A stretch of DNA of 64,000 nt, taken from positions 36,323-100,322 of the IMG/VR virus record IMGVR_UViG_3300044796_000141; one strand, given 5' to 3'. How positions within the stretch are numbered: position 1 is the first letter of the stretch; each line of letters begins with the position of its first letter. A model generated the notes under the pieces. The model had not been told where the DNA came from. It searched no databases and saw only the letters and a program-made list of their open reading frames with translations. Origin of the DNA: a virus. Positions 10,758-22,107 of the stretch are shown one piece after another. Both the position numbers and the translations under genes were made by a program.

Positions 10758-11276
10758 CTAATTCGGGGCATCCATTTGTATCGGTGCATTGCATTCACTA
10801 CAATTCCTTAACTTGTGCATTATGCTGGTAGCGAATCCTTTCTTATAGAAGCAGATTAAACACTTACAATAAAACTTATATAAATTCTTTCTGTTCTTTA
10901 ACTCCCAAAATGTTTGGTATGGTATTTCATTCGCTAGTATCACCAGTCTCTGCCATTCTTTACCGTGCTCATCATTAAGGGTACCGTATAGCTTGTAAGT
11001 CAAAATGTGGCAGCATTCATGTATGATGACATTCCTTTGCTCTTCAGGTGTGGCTTGCGCCCATAGCGTTGCGGAAATTTCCATTAGCATCTTACTTGGA
11101 TAAGCGCAAGAAAAATTTCCTACAGTATTTTCGCAGAATCTATAGTGGATATTCTCCGAGAGGTGAGCTAAACTGTTTCTATCACAGGCTTGCTTGATGT
11201 ATGTTTCTATAACATTCATTCTTTGGCAAGCTGCATTATATATGCCACGGTCAATGGTTGACCTTGGTTCATTCAC
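10758..11276 (-). CDS. SprT-like zinc metalloprotease
   Basis: HECCHILTYKLYGTLNDEHGKEWQ with C-terminal cysteines; paralog of 44749-45234. Confidence 0.8.
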   Translation of the reverse strand: MNEPRSTIDRGIYNAACQRMNVIETYIKQACDRNSLAHLSENIHYRFCENTVGNFSCAYPSKMLMEISATLWAQATPEEQRNVIIHECCHILTYKLYGTLNDEHGKEWQRLVILANEIPYQTFWELKNRKNLYKFYCKCLICFYKKGFATSIMHKLRNCSECNAPIQMDAPN

Positions 11277-11664
11277 TATGGAGCACTATGGTACCGTATC
11301 TTGCCTCTTATTGGTTAGTCTCGGGTTTTGCTTTGACTTGTGTCCCGGTTGAGCGGAAGTCAAAGGCGTCTCTGTCAGACTCGATAGCCGTAGGCTGTTT
11401 TTGCATGGTCATCGGCGGCATCCTACTGCCGTGCGCCATCGTAAGCAGGCTGCTCAATAAGAAGTGAGGTACCAAAATGCTACACTGTTTGCGCACACTG
11501 TAGCATAAATGTAACGCAGTGTGTCGGCGGGCTCATCCACAAAGGCACAAAATATTCAATCATTCCGCTAATGCAGCACAAACAATAGACCTTGGCACAC
11601 ACTGTGCTATGTAGTCAATCATCGGTGGCAATGAAGCAACCGACAAATTGAAAGAGAAAATATC

Positions 11665-11874
11665 ATGGACGCTAAGATTAAAGATAAGTATGTTGTTCGC
11701 GTGGTCGGAGCAGTTGCACAAAAGGTCGGGGGAGCACTTGGGTTTACTCCTTCAGAGTCATTGAGCCTTTTACTTGCGAAAGAATTGGGCTTAGTCTCTC
11801 GCGAAAAAGGTCGCTATGGTGGCACGTCAGTCAATGATAATGGTTTGAAGTTTTTGTTTCGTGATGCGGCTTAA
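11665..11874 (+). CDS. small paralogous-family protein, copy 3
   Basis: LVSREKGRYGGTSVNDNGLKFLF. Confidence 0.7.
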   Translation: MDAKIKDKYVVRVVGAVAQKVGGALGFTPSESLSLLLAKELGLVSREKGRYGGTSVNDNGLKFLFRDAA

Positions 11875-11904
11875 TTAAAATCTTATAACTAAAGGATAAA
11901 TAAA

Positions 11905-12213
11905 ATGTCAACCGAATACTCTAAAGAAACAGTTTTGGCTCACATCTTTAAGAAGTTGGAAAATGAAAATAAGAAAAGTTTTGGTATCGCTTTCTCGCAT
12001 GAAGCATTGACGCAAGTTGCAACGGAATGCCTGTTCATTGAGCGTAAGCGTAAGTTTGGTTCAATCCCTACTCAAAAGGGCGTTGAATATGTGAATATGA
12101 ATTGGCAACGATATCAAAATGAAAATGCGGCTGGCTCTGAGATGAATAGATTGCAGAATCAAATTGCTAAACTTCAGCAAAGACAAGCCGAGCTGCGAAC
12201 GAAAGCAGCTTAA
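11905..12213 (+). CDS. small paralogous-family protein, copy 4
   Basis: LFIERKRKFGSIPTQKGVEYVNMN...LQNQIAKLQQRQAEL. Confidence 0.75.
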   Translation: MSTEYSKETVLAHIFKKLENENKKSFGIAFSHEALTQVATECLFIERKRKFGSIPTQKGVEYVNMNWQRYQNENAAGSEMNRLQNQIAKLQQRQAELRTKAA

Positions 12214-12275
12214 TCCGAAACGCCCCACCAAAAATAAGGGGCGTCGCAAGGTGACGCCTTGCCTGATGAGGATAT

Positions 12276-12617
12276 ATGATAAGCCAAGATAGATATATCA
12301 AAGTATTTAAGAACGAACTAGATACGCAAGCTAATAGACTTAAAGAAATGTTTGCGAGTTTAGTGGAGTATAATAGCGCGGGTGAATGCGTACCAAAAAG
12401 CTCCACCAATGTCAAACAGCTAAAAGCAATCAAAGATGGTCTACAATCTGTTCTTGCCATTCTAGATGAAGTAAAAGTAAATACTAAGAAGCTTAATAAA
12501 GAAATAAAAGACGCAGATATTGAAGTAAATAAGACTAGAGACTTATTAATTGCTTTCTCTAAAGAGTATAAGATTGTATTACCTTCAATCTTAACAAAAC
12601 TTTACCGCATTACCTAA
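12276..12617 (+). CDS. hypothetical protein
   Basis: 113-aa ORF. Confidence 0.65.
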   Translation: MISQDRYIKVFKNELDTQANRLKEMFASLVEYNSAGECVPKSSTNVKQLKAIKDGLQSVLAILDEVKVNTKKLNKEIKDADIEVNKTRDLLIAFSKEYKIVLPSILTKLYRIT

Positions 12618-13997
12618 TTCTATAAACGCTCTAGGCCACGCCAAAGTAATCAGGGGTAGCCTAGGGTATAGTCGCACTGCCATCGCAGCGCAGAGTGGCG
12701 TTTAAACGCTTTTTGGAGCTATTTTGGACACTGTTAAGCCGGTAAGTCGTGTGTGGTACGTTGAGAATGAAAAAGGCGATAAGAGACACGAAGTAACCGC
12801 TAACACATACATAGAAGCAAAGCAAAAGGGCAGAGTAATATTTCCTAATGAAGATATTGTTGTTTTCCCACAATCAATTGCCGGCTTTAGATTAATTTAT
12901 TGAAAGGATAAAAATATGGCTTGCGAGACTGATACTATAACGGCGCCCGCACATTGGGCAAGCTACTTGGTTAATGGCGATGCATCTAGCTTTGATTATT
13001 ATAACACGCCGAGTAATGCAGCGGGCGACCGAGATAAAGCGTTGTGCGATGCATGGCTAGAAACGCTTTCGGCGGATGGATGGAGCGTATGCAGTGCCGA
13101 AGGCGAAGCTTATTTCACGCATAACTATCCTTATTTCGCGCGGGATGGTCATGTAACGGCGGGCGATGTGCTCGAATACACAATCATTAGGAGTAAGTAA
13201 TGGAAAACTATTTTAATAAATGTCATTTCTATGCTGAAGCAACGATGCCCAATAAAAGAAAGCGCAAGCTCGACTTCAAGTTTGAAGATGATTGTTTTTA
13301 TGCCTCTGTAAAAACGCACGCGACTATAGCGCTTAACAAGCGATTGCGCAAGCCACATCTTTGGGTAGGCGTTCAGTGCGTTATCACAATGGGCGAGAAG
13401 CAAATTGATGGCGTGATTGAATATGCCGGACTATACAATGAGGTTATCGTTCAATGAAAACTACACGAGCAATTATTGATATTCCGTTGACGCCTGACTA
13501 TGTTTTGAATAATGCTCACGCGCGCTATTGGTGGCACATGGATAAAGATGAACGAGCACGTGAAGACAAAGGTAGCCGGCGCATGACTCTCGCTAAACTT
13601 AAGCGCGGTCTAACGCTCTTGCCTACGCTCAAGAATGATGCGATGGTGGGGCGCATTGTTACTGGCGAGCCTGATGGTGAAGACTTGGATGTCCTTTTGC
13701 AATTGAGTATGTTTGGAGAATTGCTTTATGGATGAGCATAAGACTGTTGTTGTCTTTCGCCTTTATGAGACTGGCGAATTGCTCGCGTTGTTTCCTGGCT
13801 TGCCATACAGTGACGTTCATCACGAGCAATGCATGAGTTATCAGCACGTTGGTCAGCACGGTGGAGCGGATTACAATCATTGTATCCGGCAAACTTGCCG
13901 AGCATTGCCGCATGAATATGAACCACTTAAAAAAGAACTAGAAGCAATTGGTTATAACCTAAATGTTCGTGAACGCTATACTAGAAAGGTTTAGAAT

Positions 13998-14375
13998 ATG
14001 ATGAATACATTGGCTCAAGCTATTATCAAAACGATGGATGCTGCCCTTACCTGTAAATCAAAGGGTAATAATGAATGGTATCTTAAGCATACGCAAGCGT
14101 TATCTAAGCTTCAAAGTATGTTGCCAAGTGGAGCAGGTATTGATTGCGGTACAAAGATTAGTGAAGCATCAACGACAGATAAGCTTGTGTTGATTGTCGA
14201 ATATCATCATATGAATGAGCACGGTTATGATGGATGGACGCAGCATATCATTACTGTCAAGCCTTCGTTTATCTGGGGGCTAGATATTAAAATCAGCGGT
14301 CCTAATCGCAATGACATCAAAGAATATCTTCACGATGTCTATAAGAATGCGCTTGAAGAATTGGTTGTGCTATGA
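13998..14375 (+). CDS. hypothetical protein
   Basis: 125-aa ORF. Confidence 0.65.
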   Translation: MMNTLAQAIIKTMDAALTCKSKGNNEWYLKHTQALSKLQSMLPSGAGIDCGTKISEASTTDKLVLIVEYHHMNEHGYDGWTQHIITVKPSFIWGLDIKISGPNRNDIKEYLHDVYKNALEELVVL

Positions 14376-14976
14376 ATAATGCGTCGCGTTTAATTCCTAC
14401 TTCCACTGAGCAATATCGTAGAACAATCAAAGCCTTTGATGAATTGCTTGATGCCATTGCAGCTAGCGACATGCTTACATGGTCGATTGCTCAACGCCAT
14501 GATGTGAATTATTATCAGCGTCTATTGATTGAAGCCGTTAATAAACAAAGAGGATAACAATCATGACCAAAGAAGAAATGATTGAAAAACTTATTGAAAA
14601 TGTCGATGATTGGGACATTGAAGTTTTGATTGATACCGTTAAAGATGTGCGGCGCGAGGAGCTTGAAGCATACGATTATGAAAAAGTCAAAGAAATATTT
14701 GACTTTGAAAGCTAAAGGATAAATAATATGTTTAAGACAGCCGAAGTGAATGGTAAGAAAATTGCCTATACTGATGACACTGTTTTCTTGGTACAAGTAG
14801 GACGCGGTAAGAGCGCATATAAGACGCGCTACTCTTTCACTGGCAAAAATATTGGTCAGGCATTCATGTATTTTAGTGGTATCAATATTGGTAACGGTTA
14901 TAAGAAACGTCTGTTCGTTCCTAGTTTTAATAAACCATGTCTTGCGCGTCAGTTTAGTTAGTGGTATAATGGCAAT

Positions 14977-15053
14977 GGCCCTGTATCCCAATTGCTAGAG
15001 GAAATCGACTTAAAATCGACAAAGTATGGGTTGGAATCCCATCAGGGCTACCA
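14977..15053 (+). tRNA. tRNA-Leu(UAA)-like, short variable loop, CCA encoded
   Basis: Acceptor GGCCCTG/CAGGGCT; anticodon loop CTTAAAA; T arm ATGGG-TTGGAAT-CCCAT; ACCA. Confidence 0.75.
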
Positions 15054-15097
15054 TTATTCTCTTTACACTTTTGATAGTTCGTGCTACTATTTATAGT

Positions 15098-15891
15098 ATG
15101 AAAGTAAATTATACAAAAGAAAAATTAGAAGAAATATGTAAACAAAGTTATTCAATAGCTCAAGTATTAGTGTTGCTTGGATTAAAGCCAAGAGGTCGGC
15201 AATTACAAAACAGTTAAAGCATATATAAAAAAGAATGAGATTGACGTATCACACTTTACAGGAAAGCGGACACCTTAAAGGTAAAACTCATGCTTATAAT
15301 CCGGCTATTGCTCTTGTAGACATTTTAAAAAAAGACTCACACTATCAATCATCTAGGCTTCGCGAACGTTTAATAGAAGAAAAATATTTTGAAGCTAAAT
15401 GTTATGTGTGTGGATTAATAGAATGGCAAGGAAAAGCTATAGCACTTGAATTAGAACATATTAGTGGTGACAATACCAATAATTGTATAGAAAACTTAAC
15501 ACTACTATGCCCCAATTGCCACGCTCAAACAAATACTTATAGAGGAAAAAATAAAAAATATACAATTGGTGATACGCTACCAAAACAACCGAAACTAAAA
15601 ATATATAAGCCAGAATATAGATATCAAATAAAATTATGCAAGGACTGTTCAAAAGAAATAAGTGATGGAGCTATCCGTTGCAAACCGTGTGCCGGCAAAA
15701 TTAATTCTCTTCCAAAGATAATATGGCCGAATAAAGAAGAATTAGAAAAGCTTGTATGGGAGCAATCAACATGGCGATTAGCAAAGCATCTAGGCGTTAG
15801 TGATAAGGCAATAGAAAAGCACTGTAAACAATTAGGGATTGATAAACCCGGTCCTGGCTATTGGACTAAAAAACGATTTAATAAAATCTAA
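15098..15891 (+). CDS. HNH homing endonuclease, interrupted by two CGG +1 sites
   Basis: ...VLLGLKPRG|GNYKTVKAYIKKNEIDVSHFTGK|GHLKGKTHAYNPAIALVDILKKDSHYQSSRLRERL...CYVCGLIEWQGKAIALELEHISGDNTNNCIENLTLLCPNCHAQT; CGG at 15197 and 15267. Confidence 0.85.
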
Positions 15892-16096
15892 AGGAAAACA
15901 AAATGAAAGAATTTATTAACAAGTTGTTTTTAACTTGGTTCTTGGTAAGTTTACTTTTAGGTATTGGAATGTCAATTGTTTTTATTTCAATTACATTCAA
16001 TAGGAACGAAGATATTGGTCAATGCATTTTTATGAGCTTTGTGTGGTGGATACCGCATATCATATATCATTGGGCTAATTGGCTAAGGAAAACGAA

Positions 16097-16939
16097 ATGA
16101 AAAAGATTATTATTGGATTGATGGTTCTTCTTACAAGTACTAAAGCCAACGCATCAGACTGTCCCTCTAATGGCGAAGTGTTTGAAGGACAAGAGGGGCG
16201 CAAAGAAAATTGCGAACAAGAAGAAGCAACTTTACTTAATGCATTAAATCGTAATAAGTATCCTTTGGGCCGCAAACAACACAAATCTGGCTATTATTGC
16301 TCTCGTCCATTTGGACCTGAAAGTTCTCAATGTATTGAAAGTGCAGACAATCTTACCAGTATATTGGTAAAGTGTGAAGAGTGCTATTCTCTTTATGATA
16401 AAAAGAAAGCAGCGGAAGATGCTGCCCAAGAACAACAAGAGCGCGATGACGAACAAGCAAAGCAAGACAAAGAAAAAGCTTTGACAGAATGGATTAAACC
16501 TCAACTAAAACAATTAGCTATTAAATCAGGATATTTAGATGTTAACTATGACGAAGGTATCTTAGAGACAATCAACAAACTTAAACAAGGAAATGAAACA
16601 CTAAATAATATTAAAAAAGTTCCAGTAAAAATTAATGAAAATGATAACTTTAAAATACTTCAGGTGTATGACCAAAATAATATTCTTTTAGTTGATGAAG
16701 ATAATGTTGTAATTTGGTTGCACAACTATGCTAAAAATGGTGGACAATTTACCGCTATTGAAGGTGGCAATCTTTTTGCTCTTGGAATGCATTATGCAGC
16801 GATTGCCGGAATTAAGACATACACAACAGCTATGCGAGGAACTAAACAAGCAATCGTTATTGAAAAACCGCACTGGAATAAATCAGCAAGTAAAGATTTT
16901 GATAAAAAATTAAATAAATGGTACGAAGAAAATAAATGA
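16097..16939 (+). CDS. exported hypothetical protein
   Basis: Signal-like MKKIIIGLMVLLTSTKANA. Confidence 0.7.
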   Translation: MKKIIIGLMVLLTSTKANASDCPSNGEVFEGQEGRKENCEQEEATLLNALNRNKYPLGRKQHKSGYYCSRPFGPESSQCIESADNLTSILVKCEECYSLYDKKKAAEDAAQEQQERDDEQAKQDKEKALTEWIKPQLKQLAIKSGYLDVNYDEGILETINKLKQGNETLNNIKKVPVKINENDNFKILQVYDQNNILLVDEDNVVIWLHNYAKNGGQFTAIEGGNLFALGMHYAAIAGIKTYTTAMRGTKQAIVIEKPHWNKSASKDFDKKLNKWYEENK

Positions 16940-19597
16940 AAGAAAGGTCAATATGATTAAATGGATTGTCTTTTTTGTATATTGTCTTATGTGTCAGATT
17001 GTAATGCAAGAGAAATATCCTGCTCACGATTCTGAAACAAAGATTATTCGTATTGTTATTGCGCCTATTTGGGTTCCAACTAAAGCATTGGAAGGACTAA
17101 TCAAATGACCGTAAGAAGAAATGGAAATTTGTGTCGTGTCTACAGTAATGATAGTGGACTATTGCAAGAATGCACATCTTATAGTACCATGTTGTTTTGT
17201 TGGTCTGAAGATAGAAGCTATGTAATTAACAACACTACTCGCTATAGTCCCACTACACAAAAGCAAAGGTCGCGCTATCTCAATAGCGACTTGCGATTGT
17301 TGGATGCTCGCCACATTCGAGTCGTTGAAATTGACGGCATGAATCGCGGCGTAACGCAATATGAATTGCGCCGTGTGGCTGCGTTGAAAGTCAACACTCT
17401 TGACATTGAGGCGAGCGCTTGCTCTTGTGGTCGTTGTATTGTTTGTGCATCAAATAGTCTTGGAGCTTAATCGTACCGTAAAATTTCAATAGGAGAAAAT
17501 TACAATGAAGAAGAATTTTAAAAAATCTCAATTAGTTCCTGGTCGATGGATTCGTATTCGATATAGTGATGTTGGCGTGAGGGATGTTATCTTGACAGAT
17601 ATCAATCAGCGCCAAAAAGATGCCAATGGAATGGGCTGGCCTACTGAATATAAAGTTTTTGAACCGTCAGAGAAGGGTCGCGCTAATGATACGGTTGATT
17701 ATAGTCAGATTGTTGCTGTCGGTCCTTATGTAAATGCACCAGCATTTTAGGAAAATATATGTCATTTGAAAAGCGTATTCATGCACTTGAAGAGGCCGCC
17801 AACAACAATGTTCCAGGGACTAATCTAACTCGTGTTCTTACGGGCGATGGTAGTAAGTGGGCTTTGTCTATTGGTGGAATGCAATTACCCAAGCATCATT
17901 TCTATGGCGACTCTATTTCTGATGTGGTAATTCAAGCCGAAATGTTCTTTCAAATTAAAGGAAAGTAATATGACTGAAGAAGAAATTCAAATTGTTGAAT
18001 TTGAAGAGTTGTTGGATGAATGGGAGCAGCAAAATAAAATCTATTCTTATGAGCAGCCGCGTAATTTTACAAAGCTTATAAATGCGCTAGATAGCAATTA
18101 TCATACCATTGAAGACTTCCTAGAAGATAATCCAGGGGCACTCAGCGCTTTGCGTGATTGGATTGCTGAGCAAAATGTTTCACATTGGCATGAATCTATT
18201 GCAGACGAATTGGTACTAACCGAGGAATAGACATGAGCTTAGAACAAGGACTGTTAGAAAATGCCGGTTTTGATTGTCAGAGTTACAGTGGTAGAGGTAT
18301 GTATGGCGATACTTGTCTAGCCGTAGTAACCGATGATGATGTTTTAAATCTATTTGCAGACTTAATAGATAATGGTTGCGGCGGCAAGCCAAACAGTGAA
18401 GAATCTTACTATATTGTTAAAATGTTACGCGATGCCAAACAAGATAGTATGGGCAAAGGTACAGTTATCTATTGGCCTAATATTCCATTTGAAGAAGAAA
18501 CAGAAGAGGATTAATATGACGCGTCCTAATAAATTCAATACTTCATTCAATCCAAAGAAAGCTTGTACAGTGTGCGCTAAAGAAGTTTCAATGCGCCGTG
18601 CCGTTAGCTTGTGCTATCCTGATATGACCTTGTGTCACCCATGCTATGATATTCATGTCGATAACCTCTATGCTCTGTCAGAGAAGTATGATAAGAGCGG
18701 GATTACAATCTAATGTTTAAACCAACTAAGCCAGTATATTATATGGGTTTTGAAGGTAGACAATCAACCAGATACGAAGACAGAGATATTGTATTAACTG
18801 ATTATGCAATCATTATGGGAGCTTTCAATAAGAGATTGAAAGTTTGGTCACTTGATTCGCAAGGTAATCGCGTCATCATTAGAGGAGTTAAAAATGATTC
18901 TAATTCCAGCAAAAATAAAGTGCGACTTTCATCTTTGTAAGAATGAAACCGTAGGCGACCTTGAACTAGATGTTGACCGCTCTAGCGGTGTAGTAGAATT
19001 GCAGCTTGATTGGCGAAGTGAAGCGCATGCGCTTGGTTGGCATGTTAGAGTATCTGAAGAGTGTTGGGCAGATGGCACAAACGATTTTAAAGTTAGAGTT
19101 ATTTGTCCTAACTGTAAGTTGAAATAATATGAATATTTTATTGTTATCTTTGTTGGTATCGCACGCCCCTATGAATATGGGTCGCAAATCCTCTGCAAGC
19201 TTTACTGTGACTTGTACTGTTGTGCGACCAATGCGCGCTATCTTTAGCCAAACAGGTATTACAATCACAGAGAATACCAAAAAAACTGTCGTATCCAGTA
19301 AAGATAGTTCCTTTACATATGATGGTGGCAATGATATTCCTGAGCCTGTTGTTATAGATGGCACCGTATCCTTTTAAATGGAGCATATATGAATTCAGTT
19401 CAGTTTATCAATCAACTCTTAAAAGATATTAAAGAAATTTCTACAGAAGACTTGTGGGATTTGTATAAAGATTGTAATTTTATTGCCAATACAAATGATT
19501 CTGATGACCCTAGTTCACGCGCATACGATAACGAAGTTACTAATCTATGTAAAGCTTTGATTAAATTTAAAGAAATTCAAGCTATTAGGAATGCTAA

Positions 19598-19948
19598 GTG
19601 AAGCCGCCAACTCCTTCAGATAAAGAACAGGCAATGACCGATGCTTTTACTGAAGCTGTTAAAGAAGCAATCGCTGCGCACCATAAAGCTGGACGCTCTG
19701 TACCTGTGCGCGTTAATGGAAAATTAACTTGGATTGGACCTAGTATGAACGAAAATGAATTTATAGTATCTGTTCAAAAGCATCTTGAAGCTATGGATGA
19801 GCTTAGCAAAAAGAAAAATGAATCATTTGATTCTATTCTAAAGTCTTTTGATTCTGTTGTTCGGAGTTTTTATAAGATTCTTGCTTGCGTTCCGGTTGCA
19901 TTTGTTCTAGGATTGTGTTGGGGCTATGCTATATGGGGCAAGAAATGA
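19598..19948 (+). CDS. small membrane protein
   Basis: C-terminal TM segment LACVPVAFVLGLCWGYAIW. Confidence 0.6.
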   Translation: MKPPTPSDKEQAMTDAFTEAVKEAIAAHHKAGRSVPVRVNGKLTWIGPSMNENEFIVSVQKHLEAMDELSKKKNESFDSILKSFDSVVRSFYKILACVPVAFVLGLCWGYAIWGKK

Positions 19949-20988
19949 CAATCAAAGAATATAAAAAAGAATTAATTAAAGAGTTTACAGATAAGAGAAA
20001 CTATGCGCAAAAAAAAGCATTAGAGGAAACTGATGCTGATAGCTATGCTGCCGCTTCATATCGTGGTGAAGCTTGGGGTTATGAAAAGGTCATTGAAAGG
20101 TTGCATCGACCATGAAAAAAGATTGGGCAGATAAACAGGCTTATCGTTATTTTCCGCACGCACCTAGCTTGTGTGATGAATTGGCAAAAGCTTTTCGTGA
20201 TTGCAAATTTAAAGGATACAAAGAAGGCATCAAAGACTATAAAGAAACAGAACAAAAGCTTGCGTATGCTCGTGGCCACGAAGCTGGTTATGTAGCTGGA
20301 ACACAAGATACATTAGATAGGCGATGGAATGAGCGCTGATAACGGTATCTATATTCTTGTCACTAAAGGTGTAGTCGGTACAGCACTCTATGAATACCGT
20401 GTAGTTGAAGCGGGCGCTATTGAAAATATCTTTGCCGAAGATAAGCACTTTGATGCTAAGATTGGTTGGAATACACAACAGATTAAGAATTACTTTGGTA
20501 AGTGTCAAGTCTTCTTTGATGACTTTACTCCAATGAAGTATGCTTTTAATATAGAAAAAGAAACAGGATGGACTGAATATGGAATTAATTATCTCAGTCA
20601 GTTTAAGGAATATCCATTCCCAAAATAAAATGAATAGGACTTGGCAAATCTTTCTAGCGTGGCTAACTGGCAATCTAATCGGACTGATAATTCTGATGTC
20701 CGCTATTCTATTCCAGTCTACCATGATTTACTTTTTCTATAGGTGATAATATGAGCGCACTGTATCATGTCACAACTAAGAAGAAATTAGCAAAGTATTT
20801 GCAGCATGGTTACATTCAACCTCCCGTTAGAGCATGGAAGTTTATTGCTAGTGCCGAGCGGTTTAGTAAACAAACAGGTAGACGTTTAATAATTCGATTA
20901 GTTAAAGATAAAACCTTTGTTCCATTTGAAGGACACAGAGGCGAAGCATTAATCTCTTTCAATCCCTACAATCTCAAAGGACTATAAG

Positions 20989-21387
20989 ATGAAGCGCAAT
21001 GAAAATGATAAGTTGGTTGCTAAGCATTTCCGCGAAAAGATGCCTGCTGATATTCAGCGCCTTGCCAACCTCGCTTATTGCGACCTTTACTTTGGGCCAT
21101 TGCAGGGATGCGATGTCTGCGGGGCGGACTACACTAGTGACTGTAGCTGTGACGTGCGCTGGCCAGGCTTTAAAGCAGCGGTGAAACGCGTTGGTGAGTG
21201 GGCCGACGCGGAACTAAGTGATGTTTGGCTTGACGCATTCTGTGGACAAGTGTTAGAGAGTGAACCACAAGGCGAGATTGACGTTGAGACTCAAGAATAC
21301 ATTGAACCTAATTTTGAATACGTTTACCACTATGAAACGCGCGATGTGAAGCGCGTTATCTTTGGCGAGGTCGCCGAATACATTTAA
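20989..21387 (+). CDS. hypothetical protein
   Basis: 132-aa ORF with clustered Cys. Confidence 0.7.
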   Translation: MKRNENDKLVAKHFREKMPADIQRLANLAYCDLYFGPLQGCDVCGADYTSDCSCDVRWPGFKAAVKRVGEWADAELSDVWLDAFCGQVLESEPQGEIDVETQEYIEPNFEYVYHYETRDVKRVIFGEVAEYI

Positions 21388-21624
21388 GGAGTTTAATATG
21401 GATACGCCGATTACAAAGCTTTTGATTGCACGCTATAAGAATAGCGACCTCAAGAAAAGTAGTCAATGGCTCGCCAACCTTTTCTATGCTACTAACCAAA
21501 ACGAAGCAAATACTCTCACTGACTATCTTAAATATGTAGAATCAGCTAATGACCTTTGCTTGATGGACACCGAAAAAAATCTTAAGGTATTGTTGTGGGC
21601 AGATACACTTCCAAAGGAAACAAA

Positions 21625-22107
21625 ATGAAAAATATTTTTATCTTTAGTTTTATGATTGCTTGTGGCGCGCAAATTGGTCCGTCTGGACCTGCTGGCAAAA
21701 ATGGTTCTAATGGTATCAACGGAACAAACGGTAAAGACGGGAGCAATGCTACGGCTGCATTTACTGGCTCTGCACATTGTGGTGGCGCCCTTGAAAATAC
21801 CTATCTTCAATTTACTTATAGTGTTGATGTTGATGGTAGTGGAAATATTTTTGCAACTGCTGGCGTGTATGGTAATGTCGCTGAATATGGTGCGAGCGCA
21901 AATTATGCTGCTACACAAAACGGAGCACAAACAGCAGCAGTTATTTTTACTTATGATATTGTTCCACCTGCTGATTATGGATTTTGGACCATCTCTCTTG
22001 ATAGAGAAACATTAATTACTACAATTCTTTATCAAGATGTAGACAATACAACTGGACAATCTGTGTGGACTATGCAACGCAATCAATGTGTAATTAACGC
22101 TTATTGA
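21625..22107 (+). CDS. lipoprotein-like secreted protein with short collagen-like Gly-X-Y tract
   Basis: MKNIFIFSFMIACGAQIGPSGPAGKNGSNGINGTNGKDGS; closing domain resembles that of 50374-51468. Confidence 0.7.
   Translation: MKNIFIFSFMIACGAQIGPSGPAGKNGSNGINGTNGKDGSNATAAFTGSAHCGGALENTYLQFTYSVDVDGSGNIFATAGVYGNVAEYGASANYAATQNGAQTAAVIFTYDIVPPADYGFWTISLDRETLITTILYQDVDNTTGQSVWTMQRNQCVINAY

Noticed and set aside
11258-11467. ORF MTLVHSLWSTMVPYL...
   Set aside because: It overlaps the start of the SprT-like gene and shows no motif; coding status is uncertain.
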